Origin: Thermodesulfobacteriota bacterium
Lineage (GTDB): Bacteria; Desulfobacterota_D; UBA1144; Nemesobacterales; UBA2774
DNA: 64,000 nt
NCBI GenBank assembly: GCA_963422265.1
Contig: OY729416.1
Location: forward strand, 1,504,001 to 1,568,000
Reading direction: 5' to 3'
The notes beneath the pieces were generated by a model. The model ran no database searches and was not told the DNA's origin. It was given only the letters and a program-made list of their open reading frames with translations. The position numbers were made by a program, and so were the translations under genes. Positions 29,406 through 38,358 of the stretch are shown in pieces. The stretch's first letter is position 1, and the number at the start of each line of letters is the position of its first letter.

Positions 29406-30074
29406 TTAGGCTAAAGCCACTTTCCTTTGCTCCCCGCAAAGAAAGGCGAAATTGCTCAATATCTTCAGACCAAGTTCACCACTTTTTTCAGGGTGGAACT
29501 GGCAGGCGAATATATTACCCTTCTGAACCGCTGCAGTGAACTCCACACCATAGCTTACCTTTATTGCACTTAGGCTTTTATCTTCGGGTTCAGGATAGTA
29601 AGAATGAACAAAGTAAAACCAGCTCCTATTAGGGATTCCCTTGAGAACAGGTGTATTCTTTTGAATTTCAATTTCATTCCACCCCATGTGTGGGACTTTT
29701 AATCTTTTCTCTCCACTAAAATCCCTGCCCTCACCCCTAATTGGGACGGGAAACCTAACTACTCTGCCTCTGAGGAGTCCAAAACCTGGCACTCCAGAAT
29801 GCTCTTCACTTTCTTCAAAAAGAACTTGCAGCCCCATACAGATTCCTAGAAAAGGCTTGCCCGAGCTAATAAATTCCTTAACGGGTTTTATTAGCTCATA
29901 CTCCCCTAAATTTTTCATACAATCCCTAAAAGCACCTTGACCGGGCAATACTATGCCGTTGGCGTTTCTAATATCCCTTGCCTCTCTAGTTACTATCGTA
30001 TGGAAGCCCTGGCTTTGAAAGGCTTTGCTTACACTTCGGAGATTCCCCATTCCATAATCTATTACTGCAATCAT
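29406..30074 (-). CDS. hisH: Imidazole glycerol phosphate synthase glutaminase subunit
   Basis: DYGMGNLRSV, LGICMGLQ, PHMGWN, YFVHSY, QFHPEKS. Confidence 0.96.
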   Translation of the reverse strand: MIAVIDYGMGNLRSVSKAFQSQGFHTIVTREARDIRNANGIVLPGQGAFRDCMKNLGEYELIKPVKEFISSGKPFLGICMGLQVLFEESEEHSGVPGFGLLRGRVVRFPVPIRGEGRDFSGEKRLKVPHMGWNEIEIQKNTPVLKGIPNRSWFYFVHSYYPEPEDKSLSAIKVSYGVEFTAAVQKGNIFACQFHPEKSGELGLKILSNFAFLCGEQRKVALA

Positions 30075-30076
30075 GG

Positions 30077-30667
30077 CTAGAGTTTTCCCTTGGTAGAAGG
30101 CACTTCATTTGACCTTGGATCAATTCTTGAAGCTACATCGAGGGCGCGGCCAACGGATTTGAAGATCGCCTCAATTACGTGGTGGAGATTATCTCCATAC
30201 CTGAGCTCTATGTGCAGATTACAAGTAAGTGCATTAGCAAGTGATTTGAAAAATTCCTCCCCAAGCTCAAGATCAAACTCTCCAACCTTGCTCTTTGGGA
30301 TTTCCACTCGATAAACCATAAAGGGCCTTCCGCTCAAATCTACCGATGCGAACGCCAGCGTGTCATCAAACGGGACAAACGCCTCTCCAAACCTTGTTAT
30401 TCCTTTCTTTTCACCAAGGGCTTTTAAGAATGCCTTCCCTATGGCAAGTCCAACGTCTTCCACCGTGTGATGAAAATCAACGTCAGTATCGCCGATGGCG
30501 TTTACCTTGAGGTCAAAGTACCCATGCTTTGCAAACTGAGACAGCATGTGGTTAAAGAAGGGAATCCCAGTGTTGACGTCAAACTTTCCCTTGCCATCAA
30601 GATTGATATCAACCTGAACCTTTACTTCCGACGTCTTTCGTTCTACCTTAGCTCTTCTCATTTTCAT
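30077..30667 (-). CDS. hisB: Imidazoleglycerol-phosphate dehydratase
   Basis: FFNHML, DFHHTVEDVG, NLHHVIEAIFK, PSTKG. Confidence 0.96.
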   Translation of the reverse strand: MKMRRAKVERKTSEVKVQVDINLDGKGKFDVNTGIPFFNHMLSQFAKHGYFDLKVNAIGDTDVDFHHTVEDVGLAIGKAFLKALGEKKGITRFGEAFVPFDDTLAFASVDLSGRPFMVYRVEIPKSKVGEFDLELGEEFFKSLANALTCNLHIELRYGDNLHHVIEAIFKSVGRALDVASRIDPRSNEVPSTKGKL

Positions 30668-30829
30668 AATCGCCAAGAATCATAGCAGAAATTGGGTTGC
30701 TGTTCAATAAGGTTGCCTTTTAGGGGGTTGCGAAGTATGTTTTAATCATTGTCTGGTAAATGTATGTCTAGAGTCACTATTTATCATACAAAGTCTAAGA
30801 TTGAACTAGGAAATCAGCTTTCATAAAGT

Positions 30830-31846
30830 ATGAACAATAATGGGACAAAGCAACGAGCTACTCATAATCGCACTGTTAACTTGAGTGATAGCGAGAGAGA
30901 AACATACAATAAGCTGCTTGTCAAAATTGACAGGGCGGTCTCCGTTGATAGTGTTTTGAACAAAACAATCAATCAAGATATTTTCAAAGTAATGGATTAT
31001 CTACCAGAGGAATTTGTAGATTTGGCTTTTGTTGATCCTCCCTATAATCTCACCAAAACGTTTAATCTTATCACTTTCAAAGAGATGGGAACTGTAAGAT
31101 ATGAAAAGTGGTTAGATTCGTGGATAAGCAAGCTGATTCGTTTGTTGAAACCAACAGCATCTATCTATATCTGCGGAGATTGGAGATCATCAGGCGCAAT
31201 TTTTAATATCGCAGAGAAGTATTTTCAGGTGCGTAATCGCATAACATTTGAAAGGGAAAAGGGACGAGGTGCAAAGACGAATTGGAAGAATAGCTCAGAG
31301 GATATTTGGTTCTGCACAATGTCAAACAAATACTATTTTGATGTTGAAGCAGTGAAAATGAAGAGAAGGGTTATGGCTCCTTATCGTGATGGTAAGAGAG
31401 CAGCTAAAGATTGGAGTGAAGCAAAAGGCGGGAAATATCGTCTAACCCACCCCTCTAACGTCTGGACGGATATAACTATTCCCTTCTGGTCTATGAGTGA
31501 GAATACCGACCACCCAACGCAGAAGCCGGAAAAGTTGGTTGCCAAGATTCTTCTTGCAAGCTCTAAGCCTGGGAGCCTCATCTTTGACCCTTTTCTTGGA
31601 TCAGGAACTACGTCCGTGGTCGCTAAAAAGCTAGGAAGGAATTATGTAGGGGTTGAGTTAGACAAATTATATTGTTGCCTTACCGAAAAACGGTTAGAAC
31701 GGGCGGAGATTGATAAAACAATTCAGGGTTATTCTCATGGTATATTTTGGGAGCGCAATACTCTTACTGACCAGTTGAATAGCAGTATGGAAAGCAGAAG
31801 CAATTCAGAAAGTCAAACCCATTTATTTGATGATAAATTAGCATAA
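30830..31846 (+). CDS. Site-specific DNA methyltransferase (N4C/N6A, beta class)
   Basis: DPPY precedes HPTQKP and DPFLGSGTT. Confidence 0.92.
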   Translation: MNNNGTKQRATHNRTVNLSDSERETYNKLLVKIDRAVSVDSVLNKTINQDIFKVMDYLPEEFVDLAFVDPPYNLTKTFNLITFKEMGTVRYEKWLDSWISKLIRLLKPTASIYICGDWRSSGAIFNIAEKYFQVRNRITFEREKGRGAKTNWKNSSEDIWFCTMSNKYYFDVEAVKMKRRVMAPYRDGKRAAKDWSEAKGGKYRLTHPSNVWTDITIPFWSMSENTDHPTQKPEKLVAKILLASSKPGSLIFDPFLGSGTTSVVAKKLGRNYVGVELDKLYCCLTEKRLERAEIDKTIQGYSHGIFWERNTLTDQLNSSMESRSNSESQTHLFDDKLA

Positions 31847-31990
31847 TGCAAAAGAGCAAATTATTTTATACAGATGCCTAAAGGGAGGTAGAAAAAGAAA
31901 TCAATGATTTGCTCAACAACCAAACTGATTTTCTTTCACCTCTAAGACTTAACTTGGCAATTACTCTGCCTAAAAAGTAGACTAACTCCC

Positions 31991-32422
31991 ATGAATGTCG
32001 CAATCGTTGACGAGACTGATAAAATGCCGGGGGAGGAGAAGCTCAGGTTGAGGAAAATCGCTGTAGAGATTCTCAAACTTTTGAGCGTCCCACGCAAGTG
32101 TGAGCTTTGCGTCTCCTTTATAGATGACGGCGAAATGAGGGAGTTAAATAAGCGCTATCGTAATATCAACAGGACAACCGACGTACTATCATTCCCGCAG
32201 GGGGAAGGTCCCGATTACACCTTGCTGGGCGACGTCGCTATATCCCTTGAGACTGCCGGGCGGCGTAGCAAAGCATATGGAATAACAATCCACGAGGAGA
32301 TAAATAAGCTCATAGTTCATGGCATCCTACACTTGTTAGGATACAACCATAAGAAAAAGAAAGAAACGGACGTTATGAGACAAAAGGAGGAAGAGTTACT
32401 AATGGCGGTGAAGGACCTTTGA
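31991..32422 (+). CDS. ybeY: rRNA maturation endoribonuclease YbeY
   Basis: LNKRYR..TDVLSF, LGDVAIS, HGILHLLGYNH. Confidence 0.95.
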   Translation: MNVAIVDETDKMPGEEKLRLRKIAVEILKLLSVPRKCELCVSFIDDGEMRELNKRYRNINRTTDVLSFPQGEGPDYTLLGDVAISLETAGRRSKAYGITIHEEINKLIVHGILHLLGYNHKKKKETDVMRQKEEELLMAVKDL

Positions 32423-32436
32423 TACTTTGCAATAAT

Positions 32437-33666
32437 CTATGCCTTCTTGCTTGCAAGTTTCACTTCCTCGATAGAACGCGTAGTCGCTTTAGTTATCGTA
32501 AAGGTGTAGCCTGTATGCTTTATTTTATCTCCTTCTTTAGGAATTGAACCTAACTTACAAAGGAGAAAGCCACTTAGAGTCTCGTAGTCATCGCTTTCCG
32601 GTATCTCAAGCCCCAAATCATCGTTAATCATCTCAATCTCTATTTTGGGGTTTATAAGATACTCCGCCACCCCTAACTTTCTCCAGAGTTTTATGCCCTT
32701 GTCATACTCGTCCTCTATCTCGCCCACGACTTCCTCAAGTATATCTTCAAGCGTAATAACCCCCACTGCCCCTCCATATTCATCTACGACAACTGCCATC
32801 CCCGCGCGTCCCTCTTTCATTTCATCCAAAAGCTCATCTACGAGCTTGGCTTCGGGCACGTAAAAAGGTTGATCGGCATAGTCCCTCACCGCTTGACTAG
32901 GATCAGAGTCTAAAAGATAAAAGGCGTGCAGAATACCGGTTATATTATCAACCCTTTCAGAGTATATGGGGATTCTGGAATGACCTGTTTCCCTAATTAG
33001 CTTTATAGCTTCAACTACTTTCTTATCCTCACTGAGGGCGCTTACTTGAATAAGAGGAATCATTATCTCATCTACCGTAGTCTCAGAAAATCTGAAGATT
33101 CTCTTTATTATTCTGTCCTTGTAATCTATCGTAGGTTTAGAAGTATCTCCCTCTATCACGTCTATTAGTTCTTCCCTAGTTATGTAAGTGCTTCCCGTGC
33201 TACCTATGAGATTTAACAGCTTTCTAGTGAATATGCTTACGAAAATAAGGATCGGATAAAAGATTTTTGATGCTACCCACAGTGGATAAATCGCCCACAA
33301 GACTATTGTATTTCTCTTTCTCTGAAAAACCGCTTTGGGCACGACCTGCCCAAATATAATTATAAGGGGAGAAAGAATTAAGACCGTATATAGTTCTCCT
33401 CCCCTGCCCACCTGGTCCTGGATATAGAAAGTTAGAACTATGGTGCTTGTAATAAGAGCAAGATTGATTCCAACAAGCGTAGCGCTTATAAAGCGTTCTA
33501 TCTCACCGAAGGCGCTCATTACCAACTTTGCCCTCTTAGATCCAGCGTCGGCGAGGGACTTCATTTTCACTTTATCGCACGAGACAAGTGCAATCTCAGA
33601 ACCTGCGAAAAATCCCTGCACCAGTAGCGATACGGCAATGATCAAAACCACGATTTCAAGCGACAT
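32437..33666 (-). CDS. CNNM/CorB (DUF21-CBS-CorC) hemolysin-family protein
   Basis: FFAGSEIAL, GQVVPK, GHSRIPIY, VVDEYGG, TLEDILEEVVGEIEDEYD. Confidence 0.9.
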   Translation of the reverse strand: MSLEIVVLIIAVSLLVQGFFAGSEIALVSCDKVKMKSLADAGSKRAKLVMSAFGEIERFISATLVGINLALITSTIVLTFYIQDQVGRGGELYTVLILSPLIIIFGQVVPKAVFQRKRNTIVLWAIYPLWVASKIFYPILIFVSIFTRKLLNLIGSTGSTYITREELIDVIEGDTSKPTIDYKDRIIKRIFRFSETTVDEIMIPLIQVSALSEDKKVVEAIKLIRETGHSRIPIYSERVDNITGILHAFYLLDSDPSQAVRDYADQPFYVPEAKLVDELLDEMKEGRAGMAVVVDEYGGAVGVITLEDILEEVVGEIEDEYDKGIKLWRKLGVAEYLINPKIEIEMINDDLGLEIPESDDYETLSGFLLCKLGSIPKEGDKIKHTGYTFTITKATTRSIEEVKLASKKA

Positions 33667-35002
33667 CCGCCACCTCTTTCTCAATCCTTTTGATTTTAAT
33701 TTCAGTTATACGTTTTCCCGATACCTTGCTAATCCAAAAATACAAGCTCCCGAAGGAGATGCTTTCTCCCTCTCTTGGAAATCTTCCGAACAAATCAAAT
33801 ACGAAACCCGCAACAGTTTCGTGGTCCTCCTCCGCTGGGAGAATAGACCTTTCAAGCTCCTCCCCTAAATTATAAAGGCCACCCGTCCTTAGAAGCATAA
33901 ATAGGAAAGTATCGTTAAACTCATCTATTTTCATGCTGCCGGGAATCACCAGAGAATTACCCTCCTGCCTAACTTCGGACTTTTTGACGATTCTTCTCTC
34001 GTCTTCAATCTCACCGAAAAGTTCCTCAAGAATATCTTCCATCGTCAGTATTCCATCCAGTCGTCCATATTCATCTACGACTATGGCTATTTGCACCCTG
34101 TTCTGCTGAAACTCCTTTAAGAGGTCAAATGCCATTTTTGTTCTTGGAATAAAATAAGGTGGCCTTAAGTAATTCTCAATCGCCAGTTTCTCAGATAGAT
34201 CAGACGATAGGAGATCCTTAGCGTAAAGAACGCCGATCACGTTATCTTTGTCGCCCTTATAAACCGGCGTTCTTGAGAATCCCCTCTTCTTAACTTCATA
34301 TAAAGCGTCTTTACAAGAAAGGTTTGCAGGAAGTAAAAAGCACTCAACGCCCGGAGTCATAATTTTGTGAGCAGGCACCTCTTCAAGCTTAAACAGGCTC
34401 CCAACAAGCTCCTTTTCAATATCTGTTATAACCCCCTCTTCGCTTCCCATGCCCACGAGTGTCTTAACCTCGTCAGGTGTGAACTCCTTTTTCTGCTCGT
34501 ATTCTATTTTTCCACCTAATGGTCTTGTAAAACCAATTGAAAGAACCACTAAAATCCACCTGATAGGGGTGATCAACACGTGGAACGCGTGCAAGGGGTA
34601 AGAGACGACCGTAGCAATTGCCCTTGGATATTTAACCCCAAGAATCTTAGGTGCGATTTCCCCCAGGATAAGAAGGCTAGGAGACGCAATACTAACTGAC
34701 AAAAGCATTAAGGCTTGTTCAGATAAGCCATCATCTAATACCTTTTTGACAGTCAACCCTATTACGCTCGAATAGGCTACGTTGACGACTTCATCCGCAA
34801 ATAAGATTGTAACTATGAGCTTATATGGCTCTTTTAAGAGCTTTTCTATGATTGCTGAGCTCTTTTTCCCTTCCTTCTTAAGCCTGTCTCTCTGGTGTCT
34901 GCCTAATGAAAATAGAGAGCCTTCCGATAGGCAGAAGAAACTTGATAGAAAGAGAAGTAAGATTATTAATACGAGATTATTAGTTAAAGATATATCGTTC
35001 AT
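33656..35002 (-). CDS. CNNM/CorB (DUF21-CBS-CorC) hemolysin-family protein, second paralog
   Basis: SEGSLFSL, GEIAPK, FSRTPVY, VVDEYG, TMEDILEELFGEIEDE. Confidence 0.9.
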   Translation of the reverse strand: MNDISLTNNLVLIILLLFLSSFFCLSEGSLFSLGRHQRDRLKKEGKKSSAIIEKLLKEPYKLIVTILFADEVVNVAYSSVIGLTVKKVLDDGLSEQALMLLSVSIASPSLLILGEIAPKILGVKYPRAIATVVSYPLHAFHVLITPIRWILVVLSIGFTRPLGGKIEYEQKKEFTPDEVKTLVGMGSEEGVITDIEKELVGSLFKLEEVPAHKIMTPGVECFLLPANLSCKDALYEVKKRGFSRTPVYKGDKDNVIGVLYAKDLLSSDLSEKLAIENYLRPPYFIPRTKMAFDLLKEFQQNRVQIAIVVDEYGRLDGILTMEDILEELFGEIEDERRIVKKSEVRQEGNSLVIPGSMKIDEFNDTFLFMLLRTGGLYNLGEELERSILPAEEDHETVAGFVFDLFGRFPREGESISFGSLYFWISKVSGKRITEIKIKRIEKEVADVA

Positions 35003-36022
35003 TTACGTCCCGAAGTGAACAAACCCCCTTTTATCAGGTCTAATTTCCTCGTCGTTTGAATCTATTAGTATCAAAGCGTTCTCGGGCACAACGCGTCCTA
35101 TTTCCGTAACCCTGACGTCTAGGCGCCGACATATTTCATAGACCAAGTCAGTGTTCTCCCTAGGAGAGGCAAAGAGCAGCTCATAATCCTCGCCTCCGCT
35201 CAAAGCTAAACTGTAATAATCCTCGCTATAGTCAGATACGCGCTCTCTATATTCAGGGGACGTAGGTATTTCGTCAACGAATAAACGCGCCCCTAAGCCC
35301 TGTCTTGTCGTTATTCTTTCCATATCTATAATAAGCCCGTCGCTTACATCTATCATTGCAGTAACAAGTCCTGATACGGCAAGCTCTCTTCCTAGCGTGA
35401 GTCTAGGCTGAGGCATTATATGCCTTCTTATTAGATCAGGATTCCCTGTTATCATATTGGGCTGCGGTTCTTCTGAGAAGTTAGGTAGTTTAACTGAATG
35501 CTGAATTAGCGTGCGCCCAAGCGCCGAATCCCCTAGAGTGCCGCTTACGTATATATAATCCCCCGTCTTAGCACCGCTCCTCATAACCATAGATTCAGGC
35601 TCGACCTCTCCAAGGACTGTAATATCCAAGAAGAGGTTTTTGGAAGAGCTTAAATTCCCACCTACAAGCTCAACGCAAAATTCCTCCTGCGCAGATTGAA
35701 ATCCCTTTATAAGATCGTCAAGGTAATCCTCATCCTCTTCAGCAGAAAACCCCGCTGAAGCCAATATGAATTTAGGAATGCCCCCCATGGCTCCAATGTC
35801 GCTTAAAGAGGCGGCAACGGCTTTTCTAGCCAGGTCTCTAGGTTTAATAGAGGACTTTAGAAAATGGACGCCCTCTACCTGCGAGTCGGTTGTGGATAGG
35901 ACAAGATTGCCCGGCTGAAACCTTACCGCCGCGCAATCATCGCCAATTCCGAGATCCACACAGGCAGACGCCCTACGAAATTGTTCCTCAATACGCTTAA
36001 GGGCGCTAAGCTCATCTATCAC
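35003..36022 (-). CDS. thiL: Thiamine-monophosphate kinase
   Basis: GIGDDCA, EGVHF, SDIGAMGG, IDVSDGL, GGEDYEL. Confidence 0.95.
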   Translation of the reverse strand: MIDELSALKRIEEQFRRASACVDLGIGDDCAAVRFQPGNLVLSTTDSQVEGVHFLKSSIKPRDLARKAVAASLSDIGAMGGIPKFILASAGFSAEEDEDYLDDLIKGFQSAQEEFCVELVGGNLSSSKNLFLDITVLGEVEPESMVMRSGAKTGDYIYVSGTLGDSALGRTLIQHSVKLPNFSEEPQPNMITGNPDLIRRHIMPQPRLTLGRELAVSGLVTAMIDVSDGLIIDMERITTRQGLGARLFVDEIPTSPEYRERVSDYSEDYYSLALSGGEDYELLFASPRENTDLVYEICRRLDVRVTEIGRVVPENALILIDSNDEEIRPDKRGFVHFGT

Positions 36023-36032
36023 AATTCAATAC

Positions 36033-36422
36033 CTACGGTCTTTTTATGAACTTAGATTTTCTCGCTAATTGCATTGCAAGTAGCTTATTGTGCTCTTTAT
36101 CCTCGTCGTCGCTTTTCCATCCAATTATGTTTGAATGTCTAGGAGGAGGTTCAGCGGGTTCAACCCTTAAATTGTTTTCCTCAACATCTGAGGAACGTAT
36201 ATCAGCTCTGCCCTTGCTACGCTTCTCCCTTTTAGGAAAAAGATATTCATCCTCAATTTTCCAAACTTCCTTATTAGTCAGTCCCTCAATGCTGAAAACG
36301 GAAGTTTCACCGTTACAGGGTATGAATGCTGCGTATTTAATTGTATTGTCAGAAGACCTTATATGATTGGAACTGTAAATATATCTTGTTAGCACTTTAG
36401 AAGAGTTTTTCAGTTGTGACAT
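36033..36422 (-). CDS. Hypothetical protein, possible ADP-ribosyltransferase/RES-like fold
   Basis: About 129 aa with the pattern LTRY..AF.P..ETSVF..GRADI..PPPRHSNI.GW. Last gene of a coupled trio. Start moved to ATG 36422. Confidence 0.6.
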   Translation of the reverse strand: MSQLKNSSKVLTRYIYSSNHIRSSDNTIKYAAFIPCNGETSVFSIEGLTNKEVWKIEDEYLFPKREKRSKGRADIRSSDVEENNLRVEPAEPPPRHSNIIGWKSDDEDKEHNKLLAMQLARKSKFIKRP

Positions 36423-36427
36423 AAATA

Positions 36428-37141
36428 TCAATCTGAGTACAATCTTTCGATGTAACAAACTATACTCTGGGGAATGAAATCATTGAAACTCTCTTTTCCA
36501 TAAGCGGTATTGCTAGAGTCGAATATACCGGCGTAAGTTAGTTTTTCATTATCATCCATACTAAAAGCAAACGTTCCCTTACTCTCACGATGCCATTCAA
36601 GTGCTATATCGCCATTGGGTTCCGGCGTTATATCGGGCATAGGAAGATTTACAAATGATTCAGCAAACATAATAATCAACTTTCTAGCTCTCTCATAACT
36701 CCCCTCAGTTATAGCATGGGCACCGTATCCATCCCAGCCACCCTCAGAACATTCCTTATATACCTCACCCAAAGCCGATAATACCTCACCTAACCTATTG
36801 GGTTGACTCCCTTTTTGTATTCCAGAGACAATGTCTCGTAATCGGAAAGAGTTTTTTAATATAAGGTCTCGTCTTGTGGGAAAATACGCAGATTCGCGCT
36901 TATATATACATGCATTCCGTGTTTGAGATAGACTCTCTGAATCGGCTTCAGCAAATGTGTGGGCATTTGATAGCATGCTATCTGGTAGAACCTCTGCTTC
37001 TGAATTAGGTAGGGCTTTGCTAACATCAGAGCCAGAAAGGGCGTTCCTTATGATTTCAGGAGGATAATTATGCCTTTTTGTTAATAGAGACTTAGGTAGG
37101 GAAGGTATAGAATTCTCTGTATAGTCCTGACCCAAACTCAC
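36428..37141 (-). CDS. Hypothetical protein (Ser/Pro-rich N-terminus, WDGYGA...P.I.PEP.G.I.LEW domain)
   Basis: 237-aa ORF overlapping the upstream gene by 4 nt. Confidence 0.7.
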   Translation of the reverse strand: MSLGQDYTENSIPSLPKSLLTKRHNYPPEIIRNALSGSDVSKALPNSEAEVLPDSMLSNAHTFAEADSESLSQTRNACIYKRESAYFPTRRDLILKNSFRLRDIVSGIQKGSQPNRLGEVLSALGEVYKECSEGGWDGYGAHAITEGSYERARKLIIMFAESFVNLPMPDITPEPNGDIALEWHRESKGTFAFSMDDNEKLTYAGIFDSSNTAYGKESFNDFIPQSIVCYIERLYSD

Positions 37142-37800
37142 GACAGCTTTTCCTCAAAGTATTTTTTCAGAGTCTGTTTTAAGTCCTCTTGAAAGCTACT
37201 AAATTTGTTAAGTGCTAACCGTATTCTTTCTAATTCTCTATATTCATGACCTATTTCGGTATGATGATTACAATCTAACCCAATACTTCGTTCGTTTCCC
37301 CTTCCTCTCACGTTCAGAGTTAGTGTCCAAGATGGTGGTATCTTGAATCCAATGCTTAACGGCTCTATGGAGCTCTGCCATTCGCCTTCCCTGAGAAAGC
37401 GGTTCTTCACCCAATTTAATGGTTCTTCTGCACCAATAGAAAGATGCCAGTTCATACCGAGAGCTGTGTAGGGCACATATCTAAGCACTTCAACGTATTT
37501 TTCCGCACACTTGTGAACAAGATATGATTCTTTGAAATCACCATTCACTTCTTCCTGAATTGTAAGATTATTCGGATCGACGTGCCATTGAATACCGTTC
37601 CTGAAAGATACTATTGCAAGTCCCGGTGATGAAAGCAAAGGAGGGTTATCCGCTGTTTCCCAATCACTACCGACTATTCCGTTTCCCTTAAGGAAGTCGG
37701 GATTAACTATAGTGGGGTTGTGCTCCCGTGCTAGTATTATGACTGAGACGCTGTCTAAAGTAAAGTTAGTTAGACCGTCCTGCATAGAACCTTTCATCAT
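37138..37800 (-). CDS. Hypothetical protein, TIGR04255-like by pattern
   Basis: 220 aa with HNPTIVNPDFL, YTALGMN and LDCNHH. First gene of the trio. Confidence 0.65.
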   Translation of the reverse strand: MMKGSMQDGLTNFTLDSVSVIILAREHNPTIVNPDFLKGNGIVGSDWETADNPPLLSSPGLAIVSFRNGIQWHVDPNNLTIQEEVNGDFKESYLVHKCAEKYVEVLRYVPYTALGMNWHLSIGAEEPLNWVKNRFLREGEWQSSIEPLSIGFKIPPSWTLTLNVRGRGNERSIGLDCNHHTEIGHEYRELERIRLALNKFSSFQEDLKQTLKKYFEEKLS

Positions 37801-38001
37801 GGTTGAAACCTGTCACGTTAAAATAACACTTACAGCATAATAACTATTTATACGCAATCCAATATAATAAAGAAATAAATGTATTGCAAGAATTTACCCT
37901 ACTGATATGTAAGGGTTTTACCTTTTATGGAGAAAGTTTACTCCTTTGTCTCATATCCCGCCCGAGCTTTTACGTAAAGTTAAGGTATAATCCCATATAG
38001 T

Positions 38002-38358
38002 ATGAAAGATGAGAAAATAAGAATATACGTAAAACCTACGTGCACGACTTGTAGAAAGGCTCTCAAAATTCTAAAAGAGAGCGAGGTGGAATTTGAAAAC
38101 ATCAACTACTTCGAAAAGCCTTTCAATGAAAAAACACTCACCCAACTGATAAAAAACTTAGGTATTCCCCCTAAGGAGTTACTAAGGAAACGTGCGAAAA
38201 TCTATAAAGACATGGAGCTATCGGAAAAAGAGCTAACGTATTCTGAGATTATAGGTTTAATGGTCAAGTATCCCGAGCTACTGCAACGCCCCATCATTGT
38301 AAGAGGAGATAAAGCTATATTGGCTAGACCGGTGGAGGAGATTAATGGGTTACTATGA
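38002..38358 (+). CDS. ArsC/Spx-family protein
   Basis: PTCTTCRKA, ELLRK, PELLQRPI, LARP. Confidence 0.88.
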   Translation: MKDEKIRIYVKPTCTTCRKALKILKESEVEFENINYFEKPFNEKTLTQLIKNLGIPPKELLRKRAKIYKDMELSEKELTYSEIIGLMVKYPELLQRPIIVRGDKAILARPVEEINGLL

